A DNA stretch of 64,000 nucleotides from Octopus bimaculoides (Eukaryota): the NCBI RefSeq assembly GCF_001194135.2, contig NC_068986.1, positions 7,439,286 through 7,503,285 on the forward strand. Reading direction: 5' to 3'. The notes beneath the pieces were generated by a model. The model was not told where the DNA came from and ran no database searches. It saw only the letters and a list, made by a program, of their open reading frames with translations. Below are positions 12,842-25,936 of the stretch, one piece after another. Positions within the stretch are counted from its first letter, which is position 1; every line of letters begins with the position of its first letter. The translations under genes were made by a program, and so were the position numbers.

Positions 12842-13606
12842 AACTCAAAGAACATAATTATAAACATTTATAAATACTCATACGAACATAACGTATCCAC
12901 ATGCGCATATACAAATGTTCCCACTTATATACAAGCTAAATCTTATTCGTTCATCTCAGTGGTACATAATGTAGCCCTTAAAGCCATTTGGCGTCTACTT
13001 CTAGCATATGGCGCTACTCATTAGTGCATGTGCTATAAGTATATTTATATAGTTATATATTTTGTGTATATATATATATANNNNNNNNNNNNNNNNNNNN
13101 NNNNNNNNNNNNNNNNNNNNNNNNNNNNNNNNNNNNNNNNNNNNNNNNNNNNNNNNNNNNNNNNNNNNNNNNNNNNNNNNNNNNNNNNNNNNNNNNNNNN
13201 NNNNNNNNNNNNNNNNNNNNNNNNNNNNNNNNNNNNNNNNNNNNNNNNNNNNNNNNNNNNNNNNNNNNNNNNNNNNNNNNNNNNNNNNNNNNNNNNNNNN
13301 NNNNNNNNNNNNNNNNNNNNNNNNNNNNNNNNNNNNNNNNNNNNNNNNNNNNNNNNNNNNNNNNNNNNNNNNNNNNNNNNNNNNNNNNNNNNNNNNNNNN
13401 NNNNNNNNNNNNNNNNNNNNNNNNNNNNNNNNNNNNNNNNNNNNNNNNNNNNNNNNNNNNNNNNNNNNNNNNNNNNNNNNNNNNNNNNNNNNNNNNNNNN
13501 NNNNNNNNNNNNNNNNNNNNNNNNNNNNNNNNNNNNNNNNNNNNNNNNNNNNNNNNNNNNNNNNNNNNNNNNNNNNNNNNNNNNNNNNNNNNNNNNNNNN
13601 NNNNNN

Positions 13607-13640
<34 letters not shown>

Positions 13641-13997
13641 CTCTGTCAGATATGAATGTAGTAACTATACCGAGAAGTAATGTTTGTCGACTCTTCAACA
13701 TGGCGATTCTATACGAACCGATGGTACTACCAATTTTAACCCCAAGAGAAAGCATCCTCTAGCTGGTTGTCAATACAATCTGCGCCCAACATATATTTCA
13801 AGCAGGGTAGTTACTAATTTTGTCTCTTACAGATATTTTCTAAGCAACTACTTTGCTTGTTGCAAGATCAGTGACTCATTGTCACTTATTTTGCTATACA
13901 TTGCAAGCTGGAGTTGCCATCTCCTGTGGACAGATATCCAACGCTGAGGATGGGAAAATATAGTCCAAAATTAGACGGTCTCCTGGTCCTGTCAAGT

Positions 13998-14046
13998 CAC
14001 CAGAAGATGGTAGGGGTTCGCTCCTCTGCTTGCAATATATGTCGAG
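13998..14046 (+). ncRNA. Degenerate hammerhead-like motif (probable PLE terminal-repeat relic)
   Basis: C[A]GAAGA-T-GGTAGGGG-ttcg-CTCCTCTGCT-T-G[C]AA-TATATGTC; two core substitutions. Confidence 0.4.
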
Positions 14047-17000
14047 TGCAAATTGCTTCGATAACTGGCTAGAGAAAGCTTCTTGGAGTTAAAAATGGTA
14101 GTTACGACGGTTCGTACGGAACAGCCACGTTGAAGTGACGATAAACATTACTTATATATGTCATAATGTATGTCATACTTATATATGTCATACTTATGTA
14201 TGTCATAATTGATTAATAAAATAGATGTACTTGGTATTAGTATTTATTCCGTACGACGATCGTGTTAGCAAGTGTCTCTCCCTCCCAATAAACTTAATAC
14301 AATCTAATCCGCCCATAACAGGCCTCACTCTATCTATAACTAATGCTTCCTTAACAGGTCTCACTCTATCTATATTCCTTTTCACACACTTTCTCTTGTA
14401 TATCCTCCTTCCGTTCTATAATTTATACGTTTATATTAACAATTATTTCCAATGATTTGTTATTTAATATAAAGACAATCGTAGCAAAACCCCATTCCCT
14501 AACGAAGCGGGAATATACCAACATGATTGAACTGAACTCAATATTTTTAGCGGGACACCACTTTATGTATGCATGTGCTTGACGTAATCCAGACTGCAAA
14601 ATTGATACAACACAATATGATGCACATCATCCCACCCATAAAGGACAGTCGCAGGATGGGTCGGAATGATCTACGTACGGACTAAAGACTAATACCAAAA
14701 CCTCCTCTGTTTCATTAATCGATTATTATCTCAACTAACACTGCAGAATTCCTGAAGTAGATCCCACAGAAATATACGCCAATTGCGACTGATACCAGGT
14801 AGCCCAAACCGTGCCAGTGCTTTACTCAAGGCATCAACACACTAATTGACATATACCCATTAGTTCAAATATTACTTTCTTATATATGTATGTATAAGGG
14901 AAATGAATGCACACGAAATACGTTCTTTGCTAGAAATGGCAGCCGACAAGTTATCGGTGCTATGTAGAGCATCGCTGCATGTTCAACAGGAAGAGATGTT
15001 TGCGGGCGGTGAATATAGGAAACTTCTGTTTAACCTCTACGAAGACCGTCAGAAGAATAAAGGATAAGCTAAGTTTGCAGTTCCGAACTCATCAGATCAC
15101 GTGTGTATATGCACGAATCTGATTGGTTTTCATCAGATGGATGTGCCGTAAGGACTAAAATTTCAAAATATTCACTACATCTCTGCCTGTTTACTCGGTT
15201 GAAAATCACAGTTGAAATTCGAACCAAGGTCAGTGAAAAGATATGCAAGACATAAATATGATCAAAAATTATTTTTACTAATATTTACATCTCTTGTATA
15301 TATATATATTTATATATATATATATATATNNNNNNNNNNNNNNNNNNNNNNNNNNNNNNNNNNNNNNNNNNNNNNNNNNNNNNNNNNNATATATATAGTC
15401 ACCATCTCCTAGAGATATGCTTTAATAGACAGACAACACATGTGACTTGATATGATACATTCATATATATATCGCGACGCAATTCTTAACTACCTCCATC
15501 TGCAGCTTTGATTAGTCTCATTGAATGTTTACCTTATTTTATTCACTCTTTCGTTTCCACCAGAATTTAATGAAATACCTGATGATAAAAGATAACTGAT
15601 TTCATGTGGTTTCTATAAACTTACAGAACAGCATGATATATTATTTGTGTACATAAACTTTCGAGTATTTATATATTAAGAAATAATACATTAGGAAGAT
15701 TTTAGCTAATTAAAAAAAATATATACTTAACGCAAATGTATGCTACATAAAGCAATATATCATGAAATGTACTTCGAAATCTGTATAAAATGGGAAACTC
15801 AACGGGAATTTATATAAAATCCACTTGACAGCCATTAGATGTTCTAATGAACATTTTTCATATTTATATTTATTAATTCTATATATTTAGCTTTGAACAA
15901 TAGCATTTCTAAATCCATTAAAGTTTCAAAACATTCACAAATGAAACGATGACAGCCACACCATATTGTTCGTGCGATTTGCAGTCTGTTGCAAAGGAAC
16001 ATAGGAATAATGAGTGATAAATTCATTTACCGGTTTAAAATTGTTCAACGATTAATTCTTAGTTCATGTTTTATGTTACGTCTGCTACATCTGTGTATTT
16101 ATTCCTGGTTTCTATTTTTCCACAAATGAAAAGACTATAGTTTTTCTTCGGTAGAACGTACCTGAATTAAACTCTATTTCATATTTACATACGCAGAAGC
16201 ACACACACATATACGTACTTATGTACATACACTTAAACACACACATAAATTTATATGTAAATTATAAATTGCATTTGTATTATATATTACATTTGTAAGC
16301 AGATAGTACAACTGAACATTTAATTAATATATAATTAGTCTCGCTGTAAGAAGATACATTGTAGTTACCACATGGCTCCCAACATGTAGGACAGTAGGTT
16401 GGAGTGACTAGTTTTGGCTTTCGATAAAGCATTGCCGGAGCTAGCAAGCAGAATAGGTGAATGGACGGACTAGGCTGCGTAATTTGTTCAACCCGAGAGT
16501 TTTATTTTGGCAGCAGGGCAACATATATATTTAGTAAGCAGAACCATTTAAGTCTCCTTACAAATTTTATCTCATGTACGTTGTCTCGGTGCCCCAGTTA
16601 GTTAATGTGCACTGCTAACTTTATACCGCTGTGTAAATGAGATCACCTTTGCTTCTGTGTGTTTTATTTTCCATTAGTAGTGTTACTATATAATGCACAA
16701 AAAGAAAACATCTTAGTAACTACACGTACAGGGTCATGAGAGAACAGTTTTGGTATTAGTTATCAAACGAAAAAAAAAAAGCAAATACCAGGGCTTATTG
16801 TTGAAGAAAGCCGTTGAAGTCGGCTGTTGCAGTTTCCATACAACATCAATGCATTGCGGAAGATCGGTTTGAAACCTAAACAAGTAGTTAGCGAAGTACT
16901 TGTGACTCTGTTTTACCAGTTGATGATAAAGACGTTCTTAACAATGCGAATGCATTGGACAGCAACATCAACAGATGGAATATCTGAAGTTTCTTTCACC

Positions 17001-17074
17001 TTGATCGGTCTATCGATCTATCATTCCTTCGATCCATCGATCCATCCTTATGTGTGTGTATATATATATATATT

Positions 17075-17240
17075 CTTTTATTCTTTTATTTGTTTCAGTC
17101 ATTTGACTGCAGTCATGCTGGAGCACCGCCTTTAGTAGAACAAATCGACCCAGGACTTATTGTTTGGAAGCATAGTACTTATTCTATCGGTCTCTTTTGC
17201 CGATTTGCTAAGTTATGGGGAGGTAAACACACCAATACCG
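17075..17240 (-). mobile_element. SINE 3' half (family of 20186)
   Basis: Reverse complement of 20430-20590. Confidence 0.85.
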
Positions 17241-17449
17241 TGTGTGTGTGTGTGTGTATTTTTCCCTTGTTAACAATTAACACAGAAAAAATAGATAAAT
17301 AATTACCAAGGTAGCAACAAAAATCACACAAGTAAAATGGTTGTAACTCCTTGTTTTTAAAGGTAGAAACACCGGGTTTACGTGAAATATTTTGTATAAT
17401 ATATATAAATAAATAAATGGAGTTAAACGCAGGTGTTATTTTGCCTTTC

Positions 17450-17598
17450 CCTTGGATAACACTGGTGGTGTGGAGAGGGGAGGCCGGTATGCATGGGCGA
17501 CTGCTGGTCTTCCATAAACAATCTTGCCCGGACTTGTGCTTGGAAGGGTTACGTTCTAGGTGCAATCCCATGGTCAGTCATGACCGAAAGGGGTCTCA
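17450..17598 (+). mobile_element. GC-rich retroposon 3'-end-like fragment
   Basis: Abrupt GC-rich block recalled by eye as an octopus interspersed-repeat tail; single copy in the window. Confidence 0.35.
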
Positions 17599-17771
17599 GC
17601 ATCATGAATCAAATTAGTACATGCTTTGAAACATACATATTTGAGCCATGAACACCCTATAAAAACAGTGCAAGCTTCAAACTCTCGTCAGAAGCAAGAC
17701 AGCTGAGACATAAGCTGCATCTTTCTATTTCAACTCTTTGAAAATAAGTGTATACTGTAAAACCGGTTAAG

Positions 17772-17824
17772 GCTTCAAATATGTTCTTTTCTACTCTAGG
17801 CACAAGGCCCGCAGCTTCAAATAT
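17772..17824 (-). mobile_element. 31-bp 5'-truncated SINE end with an 11-bp TSD (gcttcaaatat)
   Basis: Insert 17783-17813 is the reverse complement of the SINE 3' end at about 24686-24713; direct repeats at 17772-17782 and 17814-17824. Confidence 0.8.
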
Positions 17825-17916
17825 ATTATTAATAAAATTATTTTAACTGTTCTCAGTGCATTTTAAACTTCTATTTTTCCTATATTTCTTACTGTGTGGA
17901 ATAAAATAACCTTGTT

Positions 17917-17960
<44 letters not shown>

Positions 17961-19059
17961 NNNNNNNNNNNNNNNNNNNNNNNNNNNNNNNNNNNNNNNN
18001 NNNNNNNNNNNNNNNNNNNNNNNNNNNNNNNNNNNNNNNNNNNNNNNNNNNNNNNNNNNNNNNNNNNNNNNNNNNNNNNNNNNNNNNNNNNNNNNNNNNN
18101 NNNNNNNNNNNNNNNNNNNNNNNNNNNNNNNNNNNNNNNNNNNNNNNNNNNNNNNNNNNNNNNNNNNNNNNNNNNNNNNNNNNNNNNNNNNNNNNNNNNN
18201 NNNNNNNNNNNNNNNNNNNNNNNNNNNNNNNNNNNNNNNNNNNNNNNNNNNNNNNNNNNNNNNNNNNNNNNNNNNNNNNNNNNNNNNNNNNNNNNNNNNN
18301 NNNNNNNNNNNNNNNNNNNNNNNNNNNNNNNNNNNNNNNNNNNNNNNNNNNNNNNNNNNNNNNNNNNNNNNNNNNTATATATAATTAAGATTCAGATGAA
18401 TTACGTACTTAACTGTACAACTTCAAAATACGGTGAATAAAATCAAACTATATATAGATATTCCGTTTTTGTATTTGGTTTGCAAGATTCTTTATGTGAT
18501 TTCGTGTGTCGAAGCATATCTTATTGTGTCTGGAGAGAGTCATTCTCTTTTAGTGCCTTGTTAATTTAACACACTCACCGATTTCCACTCATTTATCTTT
18601 ACTAAAATTTTCGTTGCGACTTGCAACCTTTTCAATGGTCGTTGACTCTGTCCGTTATCGGAATTGCGTTCTTCTTTTATACGCATGCGTGTGCGTGCGC
18701 ATACACATGTGTATGTATGTATGTGTATGCATGTATGTGTGTGTGTGTATAAGCATATGCAAATGTATGCATGTGCTTTTGTGTTCATGTTTGTGTGTTT
18801 GTGTGTGTATGATTTTGTTTGTGTGTTAGTATGTATGTATGCATGTGTGTGTGCATGTATATTCATGCAGATAAAGTTTCAAGACTCCCAAATATAGATA
18901 TGAATAAAATAGTATTTAGTATATCATACAAGGATCTACGTCTCAACGTTACTTGTTTGTAACTGTGTGAATGGTTATCAAACATCTGAAAAAAAGATAA
19001 ATGAATTTCTGTTGTTACTTGGAAGTGATTCATGTGTCTGTTAGCAATTGAATGATTAC

Positions 19060-19232
19060 GTGAAGCAGCAATATGTCCGAGACATTTCTCAGAATATTAA
19101 TTTTATGTTCTTTGAACTGAATATAATCAATAGAATTCTCCAATCGCCTAATTTCATGTCCAGAAATGCCAAAGTTTAAACTAAAAATATCCACTCTGCA
19201 GTTTTCTTTTGGTTGCATAATAATTTCGTGTT
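19060..19232 (-). CDS. Candidate internal exon (HEIIMQPKENCRVDIFSLNFGISGHEIRRLENSIDYIQFKEHKINILRNVSDILLLH)
   Basis: Strong acceptor ttttttctaatgacag|, donor CAC|gtaatc, 57 open codons of ordinary globular composition. Confidence 0.45.
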
Positions 19233-19691
19233 CTGTCATTAGAAAAAAATCAAATAAGTTGCAATGGAAATAGAAAATCATTTTACAAGTTAATTAAAAT
19301 GCGAGATAATGGCAATTTCATAATTTTATTCCAAATTATGGAAATAAGATGCAGAATATTATATTAAGAAAACAAATTTGGTATGAAAGATTACAGGAAA
19401 GTACACTTACAAGAAAGTTATTAATAAGAAAGTGTATTAAAGCTAATGATCTTATGAGATAATCATTTATAGTTCTATGATAGCTCATCTGCTATTGAGG
19501 ATATCAAAATATATTCTTCCTTTCCTGATGGTATAAAACAGCGATTTGCTTGATATTTGTATGTCACAGATATTTATAAATGCGTGAATAGAGTAATTCA
19601 TTTTAAGGTAAAACATGTCATACCTACAGTAATATGTGAATACAATCCATCCCTTAAATAGACTCCCTACTTTTATACAATTAATGAAATA

Positions 19692-19914
19692 TACGAAGCG
19701 GTGCTGAAAAGTTCCAGGCTTTGGCTAAAAGAAAACACTGGAGGATCAGTTAATTATGATTTTATTCAGCATATTCTCCTCTCAGATTCACACGCTTATT
19801 GCAGCGGTTCTTCAGTTTTTCAAAGCTCTGTAAAAATAAACTCTGAAGGTTGGGCCTCCACCAAGTCCTTTTGCGATACCCTTAAAGCTAGGAACTTTTT
19901 AGCATCCTCTCGTA
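19692..19914 (-). mobile_element. Mariner-derived MITE
   Basis: About 30-bp imperfect TIRs (tacgaagcggtgctgaaaagttccaggcttt / aaagctaggaactttttagcatcctctcgta) with TA at both ends; interior encodes a mariner-type C-terminus (…FEKLKNRCNKRVNLRGEYAE*). Confidence 0.85.
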
Positions 19915-20185
19915 TATCATAGTCTGCATTATAAGTGTATTAAAACTAGGACGTTGAGGATAAAAAAGGTATCTAAAGATAAACAACCATAATTATTCAG
20001 TCATTCCCTAATATGTATGTTTTGTATTCTTAGTAAACAAACATTTATCTAACTTTTTCACTACAATTCCAAACTGATTTTTTTCTGAAAAACAATGCAT
20101 ATTAAAGTTTTGGCTAGGCTGAAAATAATAACTGTCCTTCTCTCTCTCTCTCTCAGACACATACACGCACACATATATTGTGTTC

Positions 20186-20597
20186 GTCGTAGGAGTGGCT
20201 GTGTGGTAAGTAGCTTGCTTACCAACCACATGGTCCCGGGTTCAGTCCCACTGCGTGGCATCTTGGGCAAGTGCCTTCTACTATAGCCTCGGGCCGACCA
20301 AAGCCTTGTGAGTGGATTTGGTAGACGGAAACTGAAAGAAGCCCGTCGTATATGTGTATATATATGTGTATGTGTGTGTGTGTGTTTGTATGTCTGTGTT
20401 TGTCCCCCCAACATCGCTTGACAACCGATGCTGGTGTGTTTATGTCCCCGTAACTTAGTGGTTCGGCAAAAGAGACCGATAGAATAAGTACTAGGCTTCC
20501 AAAGAATAAGTCCTGGGGTCGATTTCTTCGACTAAAGGCGGTGCTCCAGCATGGCCGCAGTCAAAAGACTGAAACAAGTAAAAGAGTAAAAGAGTAA
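20186..20597 (+). mobile_element. Full-length tRNA-derived SINE (octopus OK/OR-like, with a CORE-like segment)
   Basis: A-box-like tggctgtgtgg, B-box ggttcagtccc, cttgggcaagtg segment, internal (GT)n, (aaagagt)n tail. Confidence 0.85.
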
Positions 20598-21639
20598 TGT
20601 GTGTATGTTTAAGTGTGTTTATGTGAGTAGGTGTGTGTATAAAGAGACAGACTGATAGATTAAGCAGGCAAGTGACATTATTCTAAACGAAATCATATGT
20701 TTATTTGGCTAATGCGATAGGAAGAGTCACCAGATTTGAGGGAGTATTAGATTTGAATGAAGAGTGAGGATAGATTAAAGTTTTGGCACTTGACCACTAG
20801 GTCATACTTTCATCTGTAGAAAATGCAGGGACGCAAATATTTAATCTCTATTTGTAGAATGATTTTTTATAATTGATTATAATGAATGCATTACATTCTG
20901 TATAATGCGTCAATTAATACATTTCTTGAAATTTTATCATTAATTAAAGGTTTTTAAACTATCTCTAAACCGAAAGGATGTCTATCAGTTTTGATGATAT
21001 AGGCTGAGCTTGAGAAATCACTTTTCTTATTCTTTTACACTGGAATATGTTATTGCTTCCGTTTATTGAGAGCTGATCTGCCAAGCAACATTGCGTTAAA
21101 CTTGGTGCTTGTAACCCATGCAATATAATTTTTATTGCTTACATAATGGAATTATCGTATATAGTGTTTGTTTGATATCTCTAAATCCGATATACGTTTT
21201 ACCTTCAACTCCCATTGAATTACATGCATTTTTATTTTATACCTCACAGCTTTCAGAATTTCAATTCTTTTTAGTTTCTACTTCAAATTCGCAATTCCTG
21301 TTTGTTATGGCAACGATTGGCATTGCAAAGACTTTGTATCCTATGATAACCTTTTATAGTCACTCCTTTTTTTCCACATGACAGCATTAAACAAGCTATG
21401 CTTACGTTTAGGAGCAAAACATTTGTTTACGTGTGGACAGTTTCTAAAGTTACACATATCTTGACGTTATTTTGCATACTCAAGAGACACTTTCCTTCAC
21501 TTAATGTCGTGTCGAGTTACATTTAACATTCTTTGATCGACAATTACACAGATTCATCGTTCACATATTCTGCTAATTTTATAATTTTTACTGTAAATAT
21601 TTTCTTTGTATACCGTATCACTATAATACAGTATGTGGT

Positions 21640-21860
21640 TTATATGATATAGACAACATATTATAAACCGTATCATAAAGACCAAAATAAATCACATTGT
21701 ATAAACCACATTATTTACACCACATGTTTATAATCCTTATTATATAAATCACGTTGTATAAACCATATTCACATTTTATTAACCATATTCACATTTTATT
21801 AACCACATTATATAAACTACATTTGTAAGACCACGTCTTATGAACCTCATATAAACTGCA
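21640..21860. repeat. Degenerate minisatellite (ataaaccacatt-like unit) with an exact 20-bp tandem duplication aaccatattcacattttatt
   Basis: Recurrent taaacc(a/g) words. Confidence 0.6.
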
Positions 21861-22093
21861 AAATATAGAAACCAGTTTAATGTATTCCGTGTATTGGTCT
21901 CCTACACAACACTTACCACTGTGGCAAAAATGGTAAATTGTTATGGTTGGTAATCTATTGACCTGACCTGGCCTTAAATAACCATAATAAGTATTCTTGT
22001 CAAATCGAATTTCTTACTTCTCTCCAGATGTAACCCCGGAAGTTCTTTCCTACAATCTGTTTGTGTAGGTGAAAAAAACAGAAAGAGAGCATG

Positions 22094-22221
<128 letters not shown>

Positions 22222-24492
22222 TGAGGGAGAGGAAAAGAGATGGGAGAGAACGAGGAGAGAGAAACTGGGTGACAAATACTGTTCGTTTTGCAACTGCATC
22301 GTTTCGTGTCCGCTTTCAATGCATGCTACTTTGGCCATATTCTCTCAGAACCTCGAACCCACCGCGAAACTAAAATTGCGCGGAACTTTACCGAAAGAGT
22401 CTACCCTATTCTTTGGTTGTAGACTTCATCCGTTTAATACACCAGCATTTAACTCCCGCATATCCACTCTGTTGCAATATTTCAGTGCAAGTCACCAGTC
22501 TAAGTATCACATCCCTCTGTCTTAGTACCAGTCTTGAAGGCCCTAAAAAGGGCCATCTTGTCCTTCATCCTTTGAATAAGCAATTGAAATGAATAAAAAT
22601 TCGGAATGGTGTAGCGTAGTTTTCAGAAGTTTGTGGGACGGGTCACTTTAGTTGTAAAATTGAAAATGCATTTCTAACTTCCAGCTGAGTTAAGAATAGG
22701 TCTGGTCTTTACCGTTGTTGTACTACGTGAGGGAAACCTAAACAAGAGTCGATTATTAGCTCTATACAATTGAAGTGGATCGGAAAATAACAGCGAGAAT
22801 AGAATGTTTAATTTTGAGATTAGATTTTTATTTTGCTTTGAAGAATAATGTAGATTCTAGAAGAACTGTAATGTTTCAGGATTTAAAGATATAAATGTGC
22901 CAATACAAATGGAATGGTTTGAGTGCTGAGAAAGTAATTATAAAATCTGTACAAGAGATTGTTTAGGAAACGATGTTTGACGAATCAATACAAAGTATAA
23001 ATATTGACGGGTTTCATTGTTGATGCGAAACGTATTATTCCAAGATGAAAGGAATTAAATAGCAAGAAATGAAATAAGTAGCCACAAGAGTTTTATCAAA
23101 TTAATAACATACACAGAGATAGTTTATTAGGTTATATAACAACATTTATAATGCGTTTAATAATAGTGTTTACAAGAATATTTTCGCTCTTCAGAGTTAT
23201 TTCCACAAATTTTCGTCCACACTGTGTTGTACATAACTGAAATGTCTCTATCGTATTATCTGATACAACTGAAATCGTACATTTTGGATGCCTGAAAAAT
23301 AAAAATAATAAAAACTTAAAATTCCAAGAAACAGGAATGAGTTTTTAAAATGTTTAACTACTCAACACTTAGTCGAATCCAAAGGACAAACACTGAAGAT
23401 TGAAATGTAAATCAATGAAACGATTAACATTTTTGTGGACTGTTAACCTGGTCATTTGTGAAAGACGTTGAGGTATTTATATCTACAAAATAGGTGTAAT
23501 TATTAAAATATTCCTCTCTGGTCTTGTCTTGTCCATTTTATCTTTCTGAGGTTATAGAAAACTATTATCGTGTTACAGATTTTTAGTCAGGAGAATAATA
23601 ATCATTTTGCACAATAACTCAGATATTTAGATATTAAATAAAATATGAAATATAATATAGGTTCAATCAATTTAATTCACTGTAGTGTCAACTGATTAAT
23701 TTATATCGATTTGAGAAATCATACCAAAGAATGATTGCTAATACAAGGTCAGAAATTTGTCAGAAAGACTTGACCCCAGGAGAGAAGTTAAAGTTGTCCG
23801 CAGTAGGATCTGGACTCCATTATCATACTAAATAATGCGCTATCATTGTAATTCCAGAACGATCTAAATTGAAAACTTTTACAAATTGAGAACTTTAGTT
23901 ATTCAATACTGTTTACAGCTTTTCGCACGAAGGAAAATATCTAAAAATATGACATAGAAAATAGTGATTAATTACACAATGTGACATATAGACAGCTGAA
24001 CGAACGGCAAGGTCAGACCAACAGATCAATTATATCAGATGTTATACTTCAACCAGGTATTGAACCCATACCAACGATATAAAGGGGCTTATCGGGTTTT
24101 TAAGTTTTCTATTTGCTTGTTGATTTTTTTTTGCTAACCGTAGCATAAAAATTACGTAAAATTTTGTATTTCTGTCTTCTTCGTAGTTTTTGGTGATTTA
24201 CTTGGGAAAAATAACCTCATAAGCGTCTTTACTGACTATATATGGTTGGGAAAAATGGTTTTGTGAAATGCTGAAGCTGATAGAGTCGTTGACACTATTT
24301 AAGGTCTTATGCAAAATGAAAATATTTGACTTTGTTGGATTTTATGAGCAATTTTCTTGTTTAGTTGCTGAATCTGGATGTTAAGTTCTATTTCTGATAT
24401 GTGTGGTCTTTCACGTGTTTGAGGTCACACTACTTTTTTTCTCTATTTTATAATGAGGTATTTAATTTCCGAAATCTAAGCCATTATCGTTT

Positions 24493-24920
24493 AATATTAT
24501 CCCGTCATAAGGCGGCCGGCTGGCAGAAACGTTAACACGCTTAGCGGTGTTTCATCTGTCTTTATGTTCTGAGTTCAAATTCTGCCGAGGTCGACTTTGT
24601 CTTTCTTCTTTTCGGGGATGATAAATTAAGTACCAGTTGCGTACTGGGGTCGATCTAATCGACTGGTCTCCACCCCCAAAATTTCGGGCCTTGTGCCTAG
24701 AGTAGAAAAGAATATTATCCCGTCATAAGGCGGTAAAGTGGCCGAGCCGTTAGCATGGGGGTGGGTGCAAAATGCATAACGACATTTCGTTCGTCTTTAT
24801 GTTTTGGGTTCAAATTCCGCCGAGATCGACATCACCGTTCATCCTTTCAGGATCGATAAAATAAGTACCAGTTGAGAACTGGGGTCGATGTAATCGACTT
24901 TATCCCCACCCTCGAAATTA
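24493..24920 (+). mobile_element. Two tandem copies of a second tRNA-derived SINE family, with a 23-bp direct repeat at 24493-24515 and 24711-24733
   Basis: Heads with A-box-like tggcagaaacg and B-box gttcaaattc; the two bodies align to each other. Confidence 0.85.
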
Positions 24921-25868
24921 TTGAATACCTTGTGAAATAAAGAGGATCCTCTGCAACGATTTTATTGAATATATAGACTGATATATTCTTTGCACCTTAT
25001 TCACCGCCACCACAGCCTCTACCAGTGTTGTTGTCTGCTGCGATGAGGAATGTTTGTCGTTGGCAGCCATCATCTTTCCAACGACTATGACAAGAACACT
25101 TCATCACCCTTTGCTATCACGACACTTACCACCATCACCAGCTACTACCACGACATTTACTATTATTACCACCACTGATTACCACCATGACACTCACCAT
25201 CATTATAGCTGTCTTCAGCACCGCTGCTACCAACGTACAGCCAGTCTTCCACCTCCATCCCCTGCACCAATATCCTCAATGTGACCTCAACAACACCGGC
25301 ATTTGGGGAGCTGCTGCTACTAGCACAAGAACCGGACTAAACTGGATCACTGATCATCCAGTTTCCAAAATGTTTCTAAAAACATATTTCTTTGACTGTA
25401 TCCTTCTGAAGATAGGTCTTTGCGCCCAAAATATAAAGGTTTTTTTAAACTGCATTGTTGGAAACTTTCCTTATTTCTCGTTTCATTTAGTATTCTAATT
25501 CATTGTTGATAAATTCTTGAATTCTGTTAACTGTAACTGATTATGACTTTTACGGGATGTGTTTATAATAGGTTTTTATAAAAATAAGTTTGAACGTAGT
25601 TTCTTGTACTTTTCATTGAAGGTGTTTGGAAGGGGGTTGTAAGGTCGTTTCTCACGTGTGAGAGAAAATGTCAACAGTTACGTTAATATTAGTGTCACAT
25701 TTTGAGGATGGAGAGACAATCTGGTTGTGATACTATTATATCTGCTCCTGTCATCTCTATTGTTATTGGATCTCGATATTTGATGGTGAACTTCAGCCCT
25801 TGTTCAAGTATGTAGCTTAGGTTTTTATTTTGATTGTATGATCGTATGTTGTTATTGCTTGAGTGTTG

Positions 25869-25936
<68 letters not shown>

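Noticed and set aside
15075-15125. Minus-strand CTGATGA next to a small hairpin
   Set aside because: No GAAA at the right position; the hairpin is too short for a pre-miRNA
20186-20270. tRNA gene
   Set aside because: A and B boxes are present but there is no cloverleaf; it continues into a SINE body and tail
23393-23430. CTGAAGA-TTGA…TCAA-T-GAAAC
   Set aside because: A 4-bp stem II is present, but stems I and III do not pair; compatible with chance in AT-rich DNA
25000-25400. Thr/His/Pro-rich ORFs
   Set aside because: Decayed CAC/CAT-rich low-complexity DNA with no splice or domain support
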